The notes below the pieces were generated by a model that saw nothing but the letters and a program-made list of their open reading frames with translations, did no database searches and had not been told where the DNA came from. Shown one piece after another: positions 21,801-31,627 of a DNA stretch of 64,000 nt. A program made the translations under genes and the position numbers. The stretch's first letter is position 1. Every line of letters starts with the position of its first letter. This DNA is from Burkholderiales bacterium. Its GTDB lineage: Bacteria > Pseudomonadota > Gammaproteobacteria > Burkholderiales > Thiobacteraceae. Location of the stretch: the NCBI GenBank assembly GCA_018781585.1, contig JADMJT010000006.1, positions 11,116-75,115 of the forward strand, given 5' to 3'.

Positions 21801-22850
21801 ATGATCCAAACAAACACCATCCAGATCACGCCTGAGATTCTGACTTTGATCGCCAAGATCGATGAATTCAAGGGCGCTTGGCGTGCCCTAGGCTCGCTTG
21901 CACCTGATCGCTTATCGGCCCTGCGCCATGTCGCTACGATCGAGAGTATCGGCTCTTCCACGCGTATCGAAGGCAGCAAGTTATCGGACCGCGAAGTAGA
22001 ACGCCTACTGTCCAATTTGCAGATCAAGCACTTTGCAACTCGCGATGAGCAGGAAGTCGCCGGTTACGCTGAACTCATGGAACTGGTGTTCAGCGCGTGG
22101 CAGGACATCCCCTTCACCGAGAACCATATCAAGCAACTCCACCAGATATTGCTGCAGCACAGCGAGAAGGACGCGCGACATCGCGGCAATTACAAGACCA
22201 ACCCCAACCACGTGGTTGCCTTGGACGAGAACGGTGCACAGATCGGCGTCGTGTTTCAGACAGCCACACCCTTCGACACGCCGCGTCTAATGACGGAATT
22301 GCTTAACTGGGTTCAGGCTGAACGTGCAACAGCTCGCCTGCATCCGCTGCTAATCATCGCCTTGTGTGTCGTGGTGTTTCTTGAGATACACCCGTTCCAG
22401 GATGGCAATGGCCGACTCTCACGCGCACTCACCACCCTGCTGCTTCTGCAAACGGGCTATGCCTACGCGCCTTATAGTTCCCTGGAAAGCATAATCGAGC
22501 AAAACAAAGAAGCTTACTATCTGGCGCTGCGGCAAACCCAGGGAACAATTCGCAACGACACCCCGAACTGGCAACCGTGGCTTGTATTCTTCCTACGATC
22601 ACTGGCCGAGCAAGTAAAGCGACTAGAGAAAAAGGTCGAACGCGAAAAGATCGTATTGGCCGCACTGCCGGAACTCTCGTTGCAGATTGTCGAGTTTGCC
22701 CGCGAGCATGGTCGCATCACAATCGGTGAAGCTATCAAACTAACCGGCGCCAGCCGTAACACGCTCAAGCAGCATTTCCGTGCCCTTGTCGAACGCGGAC
22801 ACCTGAATCAGCATGGTAGCGGCCGTGGCGTTTGGTACGAACTAAAATGA
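21801..22850 (+). CDS. Fic-family AMPylase with internal inhibitory motif and C-terminal winged HTH
   Basis: HPFQDGNGRLSR catalytic motif, STRIEG inhibitory motif, C-terminal HTH; likely start ATG 21801. Confidence 0.9.
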   Translation: MIQTNTIQITPEILTLIAKIDEFKGAWRALGSLAPDRLSALRHVATIESIGSSTRIEGSKLSDREVERLLSNLQIKHFATRDEQEVAGYAELMELVFSAWQDIPFTENHIKQLHQILLQHSEKDARHRGNYKTNPNHVVALDENGAQIGVVFQTATPFDTPRLMTELLNWVQAERATARLHPLLIIALCVVVFLEIHPFQDGNGRLSRALTTLLLLQTGYAYAPYSSLESIIEQNKEAYYLALRQTQGTIRNDTPNWQPWLVFFLRSLAEQVKRLEKKVEREKIVLAALPELSLQIVEFAREHGRITIGEAIKLTGASRNTLKQHFRALVERGHLNQHGSGRGVWYELK

Positions 22851-22956
22851 TCGGCAAGATACCCTCCCACTTGAACTTTCACGCGCCAGCCCCATCTGAT
22901 TCCCGTACAATATGAAACAAGACAGTCGTGTGTCTTGTGCAGTAAATCTCAGCAAT

Positions 22957-23323
22957 GGGGGCGACCTGGCTTCGACGTGGGTTGCGAAGCAGTGCAGTGC
23001 ATACCGAGGACCAGTTACCTCGTAAATACATCTGGAAATTTATAGTTGCCAACGACGACAACTACGCTCTAGCCGCTTAATACCGGTTAGACTCTGCACC
23101 ACTTCTCCCATGGGGTGGATCTGAGCAATCAGACGCAGAGTCATATACATGGGATAGCGTTGTGCAGGGTCGCTTTGCACCAACGCGAAATCCAAGGCGA
23201 CTCGCTTGAACTCAGCCTGTTCGGCCGGCGTAGTTCGGGTTAAAACCAAAAGACCGGACTAAGTATGTAGATCTGTCTGTAGAGGACTTGCGGACGGGGG
23301 TTCGATCCCCCCCGCCTCCACCA
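22957..23323 (+). ncRNA. ssrA: tmRNA (transfer-messenger RNA)
   Basis: 5' GGGGGCGA...TTCGAC; tag ORF ANDDNYALAA* at 23048-23080; 3' T-arm GGGGGTTCGATCCCCC and acceptor CGCCTCCACCA. Confidence 0.97.
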
Positions 23324-23326
23324 TTA

Positions 23327-23499
23327 ATACCCCCAACGGGGTCCAACGCCGTCCAAGTGACGGCGTTTTTCTTTTGTATAACACAATGTTATACGTCCGC
23401 TATCAGCTTGCAATATCCACAGACCTCCAGTAATAATGGGGGTACTGCAGGGGGTATTTCGTTAAATCGAACTCAGGAGAAAGTCATGGCTGGGGGTAT
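23327..23499. promoter_or_regulatory. Putative integrase arm-binding sites, left end
   Basis: GGGGGTA(C/T) at 23438, 23450 and 23492, inverted ATACCCCC at 23327; same 12-bp spacing as at the right end. Confidence 0.65.
23345..23375 (+). terminator. Island-supplied terminator for ssrA
   Basis: aacgccgtc-caagt-gacggcgtt followed by a T-rich tract. Confidence 0.75.
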
Positions 23500-24748
23500 C
23501 GGCGGAAAGCTATCAGATAAGGCAGTCAAAGCCTTCACTGCAAAGGCAGAGCGCGGCAAAAAACTTGCCGACGGCGGCGGGCTGCATCTTTTCATCACCC
23601 CGGCGGGCGGCGCCACATGGCGCATCAAGTACCGTATCAAGGGCAAGGAAAATATCTACTCCGTCGGACCTTACCCCCTGATCTCTCTCGCCGCTGCTCG
23701 GGTCGAACTGAGCAAGGTCAAAACGCTCCTCCTGGAAAGCAAGGATCCTGTCGCGGATCGCCGGGTAAACCGGGCGGTCACGGTGGCCTGCGCGGACAAT
23801 ACTTTCAAAAGCATCGCCCAGGAATGGCTGACCATGAAGCAACGTGAATGGAGCGCTGGGCACCATACCAAGTCGGCCAGAGCCTTCGAGCGTGACATCT
23901 ACCCGGCGCTTGGCAACTTACCTATCAGCAGCATCACCCCCGCCGTCGTCGCAAAAGCCATCGAGGACATCAACAAACGCGACGTCCTCGAAACCGCCAC
24001 CCGCATTCTCCAGCACCTGAACGGCGTGTTTCGCTACGCACAGGCAAAGGGGCTCTGCCGCGACAACCCCGCCCTGCCCGCCCGTGAAATCCTGCCGCGC
24101 AAGAAAGACAGCGGGCGCATGCCCGCGCTACTGGAATTTTCGGCGCTCGGCAACTTGCTGCGCCGCGCGGAAGCGGCTCGCCTCTCCCCCTCAGTGCGCA
24201 TGGCACATCGCCTATGCGCATTCACAGCCGCACGCATTGGCAACATTGTCGATGCCGAGTGGCGTGAATTTCACCTGCAAGATGAGCAGCCTGTCTGGAT
24301 CATCCCGCGCAAGAAGATGAAAGTCACCTCACGCGAGGCCGATCATCGCATCCCCTTATCGCCGGAGATCGCCGGCGAGCTACGCCAGTGGCGGGAGCTA
24401 TTCGGCGGGCGTGGCTTCGTCTTCCCCTCCCCGACCGGCGGGAAACATATCGGCAGGGAATCCATCGAAAAGGTCTACCGAGTGACATTGGGCTTGGCGG
24501 GCAAGCACTCGCCACACGGCTGGCGCAGCGCCTTTTCCACCTTGGCCCGGGATCACGGTTTCGAGCGTGACGTGGTGGAACTCTCGCTCGACCACATTCA
24601 CGACAACCAGGTCGCGCGCGCCTATGACCGCGGGGAACGGTTCGTCCAGCGGGTGGAATTGTTCAACTGGTGGGGCAAGCAGCTTGCTGGTGCCCAGCGC
24701 GGAGGAAAAATCATCCCGCTGCCGGGTAAAGCACCCATTGCGGCTTGA
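23486..24748 (+). CDS. P4-family tyrosine integrase
   Basis: Arm-binding domain LADGGGLHLFITPAGGATWRIKYR; catalytic R, HGWR, H and Y (AYDR); likely start ATG 23486. Confidence 0.93.
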   Translation: MAGGIGGKLSDKAVKAFTAKAERGKKLADGGGLHLFITPAGGATWRIKYRIKGKENIYSVGPYPLISLAAARVELSKVKTLLLESKDPVADRRVNRAVTVACADNTFKSIAQEWLTMKQREWSAGHHTKSARAFERDIYPALGNLPISSITPAVVAKAIEDINKRDVLETATRILQHLNGVFRYAQAKGLCRDNPALPAREILPRKKDSGRMPALLEFSALGNLLRRAEAARLSPSVRMAHRLCAFTAARIGNIVDAEWREFHLQDEQPVWIIPRKKMKVTSREADHRIPLSPEIAGELRQWRELFGGRGFVFPSPTGGKHIGRESIEKVYRVTLGLAGKHSPHGWRSAFSTLARDHGFERDVVELSLDHIHDNQVARAYDRGERFVQRVELFNWWGKQLAGAQRGGKIIPLPGKAPIAA

Positions 24749-24945
24749 TTAGCTTCACCCCGGGCAATCACGATCAGAACGCATCGTACCTAGCGTGCTA
24801 TGAGTCGATGTGGCCCAATTAGCATTCAATAAATCGACCACTTACGCCGTCTGCTAAATTGGTACGCTCAAAAAATGTGCGAGGTCGCACAAAAGTCGAT
24901 CACCCTTGCAGTCTTTCCTGCCTACTTGGCGGGAACGCTTACGAC

Positions 24946-25434
24946 CTAAGTACCCCACGCAGAAAATCGCTTGCGGCACTCTTCCTCGGGGAAGCGGCTT
25001 TCTTCATCCATCATCGCTCGCAGGGCTTCGGTCGCCTTCTTTTTTGAGATGGCCTTGGATTCAACAAGTCGATCGAGCAACCAAAGTGATCCATGAACTA
25101 CTACGAATCGCTTGGCCGCAAGCTTGCGCAGCCTGCCATCGCCTGTCAACAACGTGCACTGCAGCTTGTCGGCCAGAAAAAAACAGGAAACATCTGCGAG
25201 TGAGCTGTAGTTGAGCGTTTGCATTAAGACACCGAGCCGGTTGATTTCTTCGCCGCTGAGGTCGTGAATCTTGAGCCCCAAGGAAATCAGACGCAGGGCT
25301 TCTGGGGCAATCAGTTCTGCCTTGACGAAATCGGTCGTGCAAAATTCGTACGGCAGACTGAACAAGACATCCAACAATCCGGCGCGATGGAAATCAACCC
25401 AGATGTTGGTGTCGGAAACCAGAATGCGAGGCAT
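24946..25434 (-). CDS. PIN-domain ribonuclease (putative toxin)
   Basis: LVSDTNIWVD, SLAD and LLTGDGRLR acidic PIN motifs; translationally coupled to the upstream peptidase gene. Confidence 0.85.
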   Translation of the reverse strand: MPRILVSDTNIWVDFHRAGLLDVLFSLPYEFCTTDFVKAELIAPEALRLISLGLKIHDLSGEEINRLGVLMQTLNYSSLADVSCFFLADKLQCTLLTGDGRLRKLAAKRFVVVHGSLWLLDRLVESKAISKKKATEALRAMMDEESRFPEEECRKRFSAWGT

Positions 25435-26480
25435 CAGGACTCCAGCGCACCAGCCCGTTCCAGGTCAGATAGCGAAATCTGCAAAAACTCCGCCGCTTTC
25501 GCCGGGGTATACAGCCCCTCCGCAAGCCCCCTGTAAACCAGCCAACGGAAACGGATAGGCTCTTCCCTTTCCAGCTTCTCGGGTTCGTCTTTTCGGAATC
25601 CCCATTGGCTGAACCGCACCATCATGAAACGATAGGTTGCTTCGGAAATGATGGCGATATCCAGCAGGCGGCGCAGCACCGCCTGCATCGATATGCCATA
25701 CGCGCGCTTCGCGAGTTTCAGCTCCTGGATGTGAACATGCGCGCGCTTCCGCCCGAATTCCTCGAAGACTTTCTCTTCCGGAAACAAAAAAGCCCCGGCG
25801 AAGCGGTGGCACCAGTTTTCACAATCCTTATCCGACAAGCTGGCGGGCATCTTCATCACGATATGGCCCAGCTCATGCGCGGCGGTAAATCGCTGTCGCT
25901 CGCCGGGCTTGTTCTGATTCACGATCACGACAATATGGTCGGAATCCTCGACAGTCGCCGAGAGACCGTCGAACGCATCAGGCGCATCAATTTCGACAAC
26001 CTTGATGCCATGATCTTCAAGCAGCTCGGTCAGATTCTGGATCGCATCAATGCCGATGGCCCACTGCTCTCGCAACAATTTAGCAGCGTTCTCAACATCC
26101 TTAACCGTGCGAACTGGAAACTTACGGCCGAGTGGGAAGGAAATCGCGACATCACCTGCTTCAAAGCAGGACTCAAGTGAAAGATATCGCTCGAGATGCT
26201 CGCGCGCCTGCTCTTCAATCGACCGCTGGTTGGTCTTCGAGAGTTTGGTTTGCTTGCGGAACTCGACCTCGCCCAACACCACCGTATCGGGGCGAAAAAA
26301 ATACTCGGGCTTTAACCCGAGTGCGTTGGCCAGTTGAATAATCCTGGTAGAGCCCGGCGTATCCCGCCCGGCCTCGTACTTGCTTAGCGCCTGCTTCGAA
26401 ATATCCCCGATAGCGTCGGCCAGATCCTGCAGCGACATACCCCGGAGAATTCGAGCGCGGCGAATGCGTTCATGTAACAT
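25434..26480 (-). CDS. XRE-HTH + ImmA/IrrE (M78) zinc metallopeptidase
   Basis: N-terminal XRE HTH; RQRFTAAHELGH (HExxH); FAGAFL. Confidence 0.92.
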   Translation of the reverse strand: MLHERIRRARILRGMSLQDLADAIGDISKQALSKYEAGRDTPGSTRIIQLANALGLKPEYFFRPDTVVLGEVEFRKQTKLSKTNQRSIEEQAREHLERYLSLESCFEAGDVAISFPLGRKFPVRTVKDVENAAKLLREQWAIGIDAIQNLTELLEDHGIKVVEIDAPDAFDGLSATVEDSDHIVVIVNQNKPGERQRFTAAHELGHIVMKMPASLSDKDCENWCHRFAGAFLFPEEKVFEEFGRKRAHVHIQELKLAKRAYGISMQAVLRRLLDIAIISEATYRFMMVRFSQWGFRKDEPEKLEREEPIRFRWLVYRGLAEGLYTPAKAAEFLQISLSDLERAGALES

Positions 26481-26491
26481 GCCCCCTCCTT

Positions 26492-26529
26492 GGTTGACAT
26501 TTAATTATAAATAAAGTAATTTGTCAACC
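26492..26529. promoter_or_regulatory. Overlapping divergent promoters / palindromic operator
   Basis: GGTTGACA-N22-TGTCAACC gives a perfect TTGACA -35 on each strand around an AT-rich core. Confidence 0.65.
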
Positions 26530-26558
26530 TCCAAACTACGTTTAAACAGGAGAACATC

Positions 26559-26765
26559 ATGAGCAAGCAACCTTCCAACCACGGCAAGTCCTGGACGCCC
26601 CAACAGGAAAAGCAGCTTCAGAAACTTGCTCACGAAAACACTCCCACGCGCGTCATCGGCCTCAAGATGGGGCGCACGGAAAGCTCCATCCAGAACAAGG
26701 CGAGCGACGTCGGCGTATCTCTGAAACCGGTCAATCAGTCGCCGTACAACCGCCGCAAACCTTGA
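26559..26765 (+). CDS. Small basic protein, Myb/GcrA-like HTH predicted
   Basis: AGGAGA RBS; WTPQQEKQLQKL...IGLKMGRTESSIQNKA resembles a three-helix HTH. Confidence 0.75.
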   Translation: MSKQPSNHGKSWTPQQEKQLQKLAHENTPTRVIGLKMGRTESSIQNKASDVGVSLKPVNQSPYNRRKP

Positions 26766-26768
26766 GTG

Positions 26769-27635
26769 TCAGCCCCCGGCGGCATGTATAGGCACGATGC
26801 CTCTGCACGCCGGGTACTTTGAGCAGCCCCAAAAACTGCGGCCCATATTCTCACCTTGCTTGGCCGTGCGCCTTACCATCGAAGCACCACACTTCGGGCA
26901 TGCCGGCGCTGAGTCAGCACCCCTGCTAACCGAATCAGATATGACAGGTTCGGCTGCTGCATGAGAAGTGGATCGCACCGAGTCGATAACCCGCCGCAGC
27001 TTTTCTCCATCGATGAGCGCGATATTTTTACCACCTGCAAATTCTTTCGCCTCCTGCGTAAACACACCAGACGTAACAACCACGCCACCCTGCGCTTTCT
27101 GTGCAGCCATCACACCATAAAGCTCACGCACTGTTTTCACGCCAACCTTGAACGTCTTCCACTGCTTGCATTGCACAAGCACTGTTTGCCCGTTCTTCGT
27201 CAGCACTAAATCAACGCCGCCATCCGCGCCACCGCCGCCGATCTCGCGCACGTTGAAACCCTGCCGGCGATAGGCTTCGCCGACCAGCATCTCGAACTCC
27301 TGCCAGGACATGCCATTCAACGCGTCAGCATCCGCACGCTCGCCCGTTTTCTCAAGCAGATTTTCGCGCTTACGCCGACCCAATGCAGAAGCTAATGCGC
27401 CAACCATGAATGCCACAGGCAACAGATACTGCCCAATCATCGCCAGAGTCTTGTAAATCTGTTTAGCCGCGACGCCACCTGCGCCAGCCAGTTGAGTTGG
27501 CGTACTTAACTCCATGACAGCGAAAGGATGGATAACTAAATACGCCACGACTGCAATCACAATTCCAAGCCACCAAGGCAACATTGCAGCCAGGCTAACA
27601 AGATCATCAAATAAACCACCCTTGCGGCGACCCAT
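26769..27635 (-). CDS. Membrane-anchored Mrr-like restriction endonuclease with topoisomerase-type Zn ribbon
   Basis: Two N-terminal TM segments; EFE...ADGGVD...VQCK; C-terminal CPKC...FWGCSKYPAC. Confidence 0.85.
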   Translation of the reverse strand: MGRRKGGLFDDLVSLAAMLPWWLGIVIAVVAYLVIHPFAVMELSTPTQLAGAGGVAAKQIYKTLAMIGQYLLPVAFMVGALASALGRRKRENLLEKTGERADADALNGMSWQEFEMLVGEAYRRQGFNVREIGGGGADGGVDLVLTKNGQTVLVQCKQWKTFKVGVKTVRELYGVMAAQKAQGGVVVTSGVFTQEAKEFAGGKNIALIDGEKLRRVIDSVRSTSHAAAEPVISDSVSRGADSAPACPKCGASMVRRTAKQGENMGRSFWGCSKYPACRGIVPIHAAGG

Positions 27636-27671
27636 TCACTACCCCTTGTTCCCGTTATTCACAGATTCTAA

Positions 27672-29744
27672 TTAAAGCCGTAGATCATCAAGAAATTCGG
27701 AGGGTGTATCACCGCTTGTCACGAGTAGATGATCCCTTGCACGGGTACAAGCCACATAGAGTAAATGGCGTTCCGTGTTGTACACCTCTTCCAAGTCTGC
27801 ATCGTCGGCCACTGTCTCGATCCGCTCTTGCGAGGGGATGATCTCGTCGTCGCAAGCCATCACGACGACAGTTCGAAACTCCAAGCCCTTGGCCAGATGC
27901 ATTGTGCTTATTGAAACATAGCCACTGGTCGTTTCAACGTGCTCATCGAGCACTTTGTAAGGAAACCCCGCCCCTTCAACGGCCCCACGAGCCCTGTCCA
28001 GTTCAGCCGCGGAACGAACAAAAACGCCGATTTCGTGAGGTTTGATCCCCTCATCCCTCCTATCGGAGAGCCATCGCGCGACAACTTTTATTTCCTCGTC
28101 TGGCGTGCTCAGGATTTGGATGGCGGGGGCCGGCCCATTGAATACTGAAACCGTGCCACGTCGTTCCTCCGTATTGCCATCCACATCGGACAATTCCGGC
28201 CCCAGCAATTGATCGGCCTGCATCCGGATCTGATGCGAGGTTCGGTAGTTGATGTGAAGCGTGCGCGAGCGTCCGCGAATATCGACGCCGAGCGCTTTCC
28301 ACGAAAATGCCTGCTGAAAAATCCGTTGTCCCAGATCGCCTGCAAAGAAAAGGCTATTGGGCCGGCCGCCCCCAAGCGCGGCAAGGAAACGCAGTTGGGG
28401 TACATCGATATCTTGAGATTCATCCACCACGGCGAAATCAAATGGCGGATGTTTGCTGTCGGCAAGGTGTGATGCCAACCGGCTGAACATCTCGGCATGG
28501 GTGATCAGCTTGCGCGCTTTCAGCCCGGATCGAGCCTGCTCGAAGATCGACCAGAGCGCGCGCCGCTGCTGTTCCGGCAAGCGGGTTTTTCGCCCCAGCC
28601 GTTTGACATCACGATACGCATCCCAAGTGCCCAACTGCCATGCGTCAACAATCTGCTCCCACTCGGTCAGCAAAAACTGCTGGCTGAATTTGTTGCCATC
28701 GACCTTGCTGGCGACTTCGCCAAGCACCTGCCGCACCATCTCTCGTGAAGCAAGATTGGCCTTGCCGAAATTCGACTCATAGAGCCGCTGGCCAATCGCG
28801 TTCATGGAGTGCACTTCCAGCCGCTCGCCAAGGTGTGGTTCATTGCTGATAAGCCGCCTCAGTTTCGCGCGCAACGCATCGGCCAGCGTGTCAGAAAAAG
28901 TAGTGAGCAACACGCGGCTATCAGGATAGGTGCGGGTGAGAAAAACAGCCCGATGCAACGCAACAATCGTCTTGCCCGTACCCGCCGCGCCGGAAACCCG
29001 CGCAGGGCCACTGTAATCCCGCTCCACCCATTGCCGCTGCGCCGGATGGAGAAAGACAGTCCACTTTTCCCACGGGTAGTCGAGTGCACGCGCCAGCTCT
29101 TCCACATTACTCATCACACGGAAGCGGCGCTGCGCGTCCGGGTGCGCAAACGGGTCAACGCCGATAGCGGCAGGTTTTATGACTTGAGGCGTTACGCCGG
29201 TGGCCAGATCGAGCAAAGCCTCGGCTGCTTCGCCAGGCAAGTGGTCTGCCAGATCGAGAATCGAATCTTCATTCGCCTGGCGCACATCCGCTAGCCATTC
29301 GGCAGGCACCCCGTAGCCGAGCAACTCATCATCAGATACATGCGCAAACAACAGGGGTTTAGCCGGCGCGGCTTGCGCAACCTCGATGTATTTCGGGACG
29401 ATGATTTCCTCAACTCGTTCACGGATTTCCACCAACTGCGCCGCGCCAGTTTTAGGGTGCGTTTCCAGCTTGCGTCGCTCGGCCCAGTGATACGCCTTGT
29501 CGTGGTGATCGACATAGGCCAAGAGCAAACTGGCCGCCGTCTTGTGCACAATCATCCGAATGTCGCTGCTTACCCGTACCGACCAGAAATTCTTGTCCTT
29601 TGCTTTGTCGAGCTTATGGAAGCTCATGCCCGAATTGACCGGATTCATTTGCAGATCGAATGCGGTGGTTTTGACGGCTTTCTGCTCATCGCCTGTGAGT
29701 TTGGCGAGGCTGTCGGTGAAGGTGTCGGCGATGCGGAAGTCCAT
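27672..29744 (-). CDS. UvrD-like SF1 helicase with N-terminal RelE-like domain
   Basis: GAAGTGKT, VDESQD, NYRT, AKGLEF, LYVACTRAR; N-terminus FWSVRVSSDIRMIV resembles a RelE/ParE fold. Confidence 0.88.
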   Translation of the reverse strand: MDFRIADTFTDSLAKLTGDEQKAVKTTAFDLQMNPVNSGMSFHKLDKAKDKNFWSVRVSSDIRMIVHKTAASLLLAYVDHHDKAYHWAERRKLETHPKTGAAQLVEIRERVEEIIVPKYIEVAQAAPAKPLLFAHVSDDELLGYGVPAEWLADVRQANEDSILDLADHLPGEAAEALLDLATGVTPQVIKPAAIGVDPFAHPDAQRRFRVMSNVEELARALDYPWEKWTVFLHPAQRQWVERDYSGPARVSGAAGTGKTIVALHRAVFLTRTYPDSRVLLTTFSDTLADALRAKLRRLISNEPHLGERLEVHSMNAIGQRLYESNFGKANLASREMVRQVLGEVASKVDGNKFSQQFLLTEWEQIVDAWQLGTWDAYRDVKRLGRKTRLPEQQRRALWSIFEQARSGLKARKLITHAEMFSRLASHLADSKHPPFDFAVVDESQDIDVPQLRFLAALGGGRPNSLFFAGDLGQRIFQQAFSWKALGVDIRGRSRTLHINYRTSHQIRMQADQLLGPELSDVDGNTEERRGTVSVFNGPAPAIQILSTPDEEIKVVARWLSDRRDEGIKPHEIGVFVRSAAELDRARGAVEGAGFPYKVLDEHVETTSGYVSISTMHLAKGLEFRTVVVMACDDEIIPSQERIETVADDADLEEVYNTERHLLYVACTRARDHLLVTSGDTPSEFLDDLRL

Positions 29745-29788
29745 GAATGGTTCTTTGTGTTAGCTAAATATAATCGCGGACTTCAAGC

Positions 29789-31627
29789 TTATGTTGGAAT
29801 GAAGCCCCTACGACCATGGCTTGCGCCGGTAAATCTGATGACATTGATTGCCCCATCAAGATCATGAGGAGGGTCTTCATTTTCAAAGATAATTACTTGT
29901 GCACTTGAAAATTCATCGGCTATCGAACGATAGAAAGCGTCTTTTACGTCTCTGCTGAATTCACCCTCATCAGTATCTGGCTCTCTGTACACGACCAAAG
30001 GTGAGTCAATAACAACAAGACCAGGATGGGGCAAGGACTCATCTAAGCAAAGCCGCATCAACGCGAGATTGAATGCTGCATGAGCAATAGCACGCACACC
30101 CTTTCCGTGACTGGTTCTGCCGCGACCAGAAATAATTATGTCTTGGTCATCTTCACTGAATGTAACGCGGCCTAGGTCAGGAAAATGCCACTCCTTCAAT
30201 AGGTACTCAACTTCCTGACAAAAATCTTCCGCCTCATCAGCACCGACTCTAGTTGACTCCCCCCCCGAGTTTTTCTCTTGCTTCAGGTTTCTCACTTCAT
30301 GTAACAGCACTGTTAACTCTTCCGCACGAGTGTGAATGTCGAGGGCGGCACGGTATGTATCCCGTTCAGATTCGCTGTTTTTAAGCTTTTGCAGGGCACC
30401 ATTCATTCTTGGCCTAATGCGATCGTTAAGCTCTTCTGTGATTGCCTTCAGTTCAAGCTGCGATTCCTTGCCGACAGTTGTAATTCGATCAATTTCAGCA
30501 TCGTTCGATTGCCGGGTTGACTGCAAATCCGCAAGTAATACTCTAATCTTGTTCGCCTCGGCAAGGCATGCAGTTGCTACGTTATCAGGCGCGGCGTTGG
30601 GCAAACGGTGTGTGTGTTCATGGTGCTCAGCAACAGAGCCGCAGACTGGGCAACGCTCTTCCTTCATCTGAGCCAGCCGAGTACCTGCCTCTGCAATGGT
30701 CTCAAGTCGTCGTAGATCAGAAGCGTACTGTTGTTGCAAAAGTTGGAATCTTTGCTGTAGCTCGGTTAACACATCTTTTCGTGATTCCAGTTGGCGAAGA
30801 TGTGTCCAAACTGTTCGGCGTTTATCCTCAAGCGGAGCGACGGCCTTTTGCTCGGCAGCAAGTTCCTCTGATGCATCGGCGTGCAACGCCTCAGCCTGAG
30901 TAAACTGCTGCCTCCACTCGGTCACATTCCCAGCTAGATTTAGCTCGCTCAATTTCTGTTTTGTGCGATCCAATAGTATCTCTAGCACTTCTGTTTTACC
31001 TTGTTGCTTTCCTCTGGCTATCTTGATGTCTTCTTTTGAAATAACGCTCGCATCATCGCTTCCCGCCAATAGAAGACGAAAAACAGAGCTTTCAACAGGA
31101 CGGGTCGAGTACCCGCCGCGCAGAGAGTAGATTGGCGACAACTCACGAATTATGGTTTCTTCATTCACAAGAATTAGTCGAGCAAGATCACGAAAACTAA
31201 ATGGGCGTGTTGTCCCGCGCCGGTTAGTACGAACTGTCTTACCAGCCAAGCAGGATAAGTTCAAAAGTAAATTAGAAATAGTATCGGTGGCACCATCTCG
31301 ATGCTTTCTGCCAAGAATTTTTTTCACTCCGTTCTGGTCATAGAAATTAAAGTCTCCGCCCTTAATGCTTCGCTCTAATATAATTTCTGCTTCATCGTTC
31401 TCCTGGCAAAGAGCGATCTGAACCAAATCGTAGGGCGCAGCTTCGGGTACAGGTTTGGGTGATTTACTCGCGCCAAACATGAAGTCGATACACTGAAAGA
31501 TGAAGGTCTTACCTGTATCCGATGGGCCAGATACGACATTTAGGCCAGTTCTAAAACGAACCTCAGCATTGGGGACGCCCGTACCCATGAGTGTAATGCG
31601 CGAAATATAAAATCTAGTCACTGCCAT
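29789..31627 (-). CDS. lmuB: SMC/Rad50-like ABC ATPase (ABC-3C / Lamassu LmuB-like)
   Basis: Walker A GPSDTGKT, coiled coils with CPVC zinc hook, HGKG signature, Walker B VVIDSP; likely start ATG 31627. Confidence 0.8.
   Translation of the reverse strand: MAVTRFYISRITLMGTGVPNAEVRFRTGLNVVSGPSDTGKTFIFQCIDFMFGASKSPKPVPEAAPYDLVQIALCQENDEAEIILERSIKGGDFNFYDQNGVKKILGRKHRDGATDTISNLLLNLSCLAGKTVRTNRRGTTRPFSFRDLARLILVNEETIIRELSPIYSLRGGYSTRPVESSVFRLLLAGSDDASVISKEDIKIARGKQQGKTEVLEILLDRTKQKLSELNLAGNVTEWRQQFTQAEALHADASEELAAEQKAVAPLEDKRRTVWTHLRQLESRKDVLTELQQRFQLLQQQYASDLRRLETIAEAGTRLAQMKEERCPVCGSVAEHHEHTHRLPNAAPDNVATACLAEANKIRVLLADLQSTRQSNDAEIDRITTVGKESQLELKAITEELNDRIRPRMNGALQKLKNSESERDTYRAALDIHTRAEELTVLLHEVRNLKQEKNSGGESTRVGADEAEDFCQEVEYLLKEWHFPDLGRVTFSEDDQDIIISGRGRTSHGKGVRAIAHAAFNLALMRLCLDESLPHPGLVVIDSPLVVYREPDTDEGEFSRDVKDAFYRSIADEFSSAQVIIFENEDPPHDLDGAINVIRFTGASHGRRGFIPT

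Noticed and set aside
22879..23485. Small ORFs over tmRNA and the 5' extension of the integrase from 23288
   Set aside because: They overlap the tmRNA gene, its terminator and the att region.
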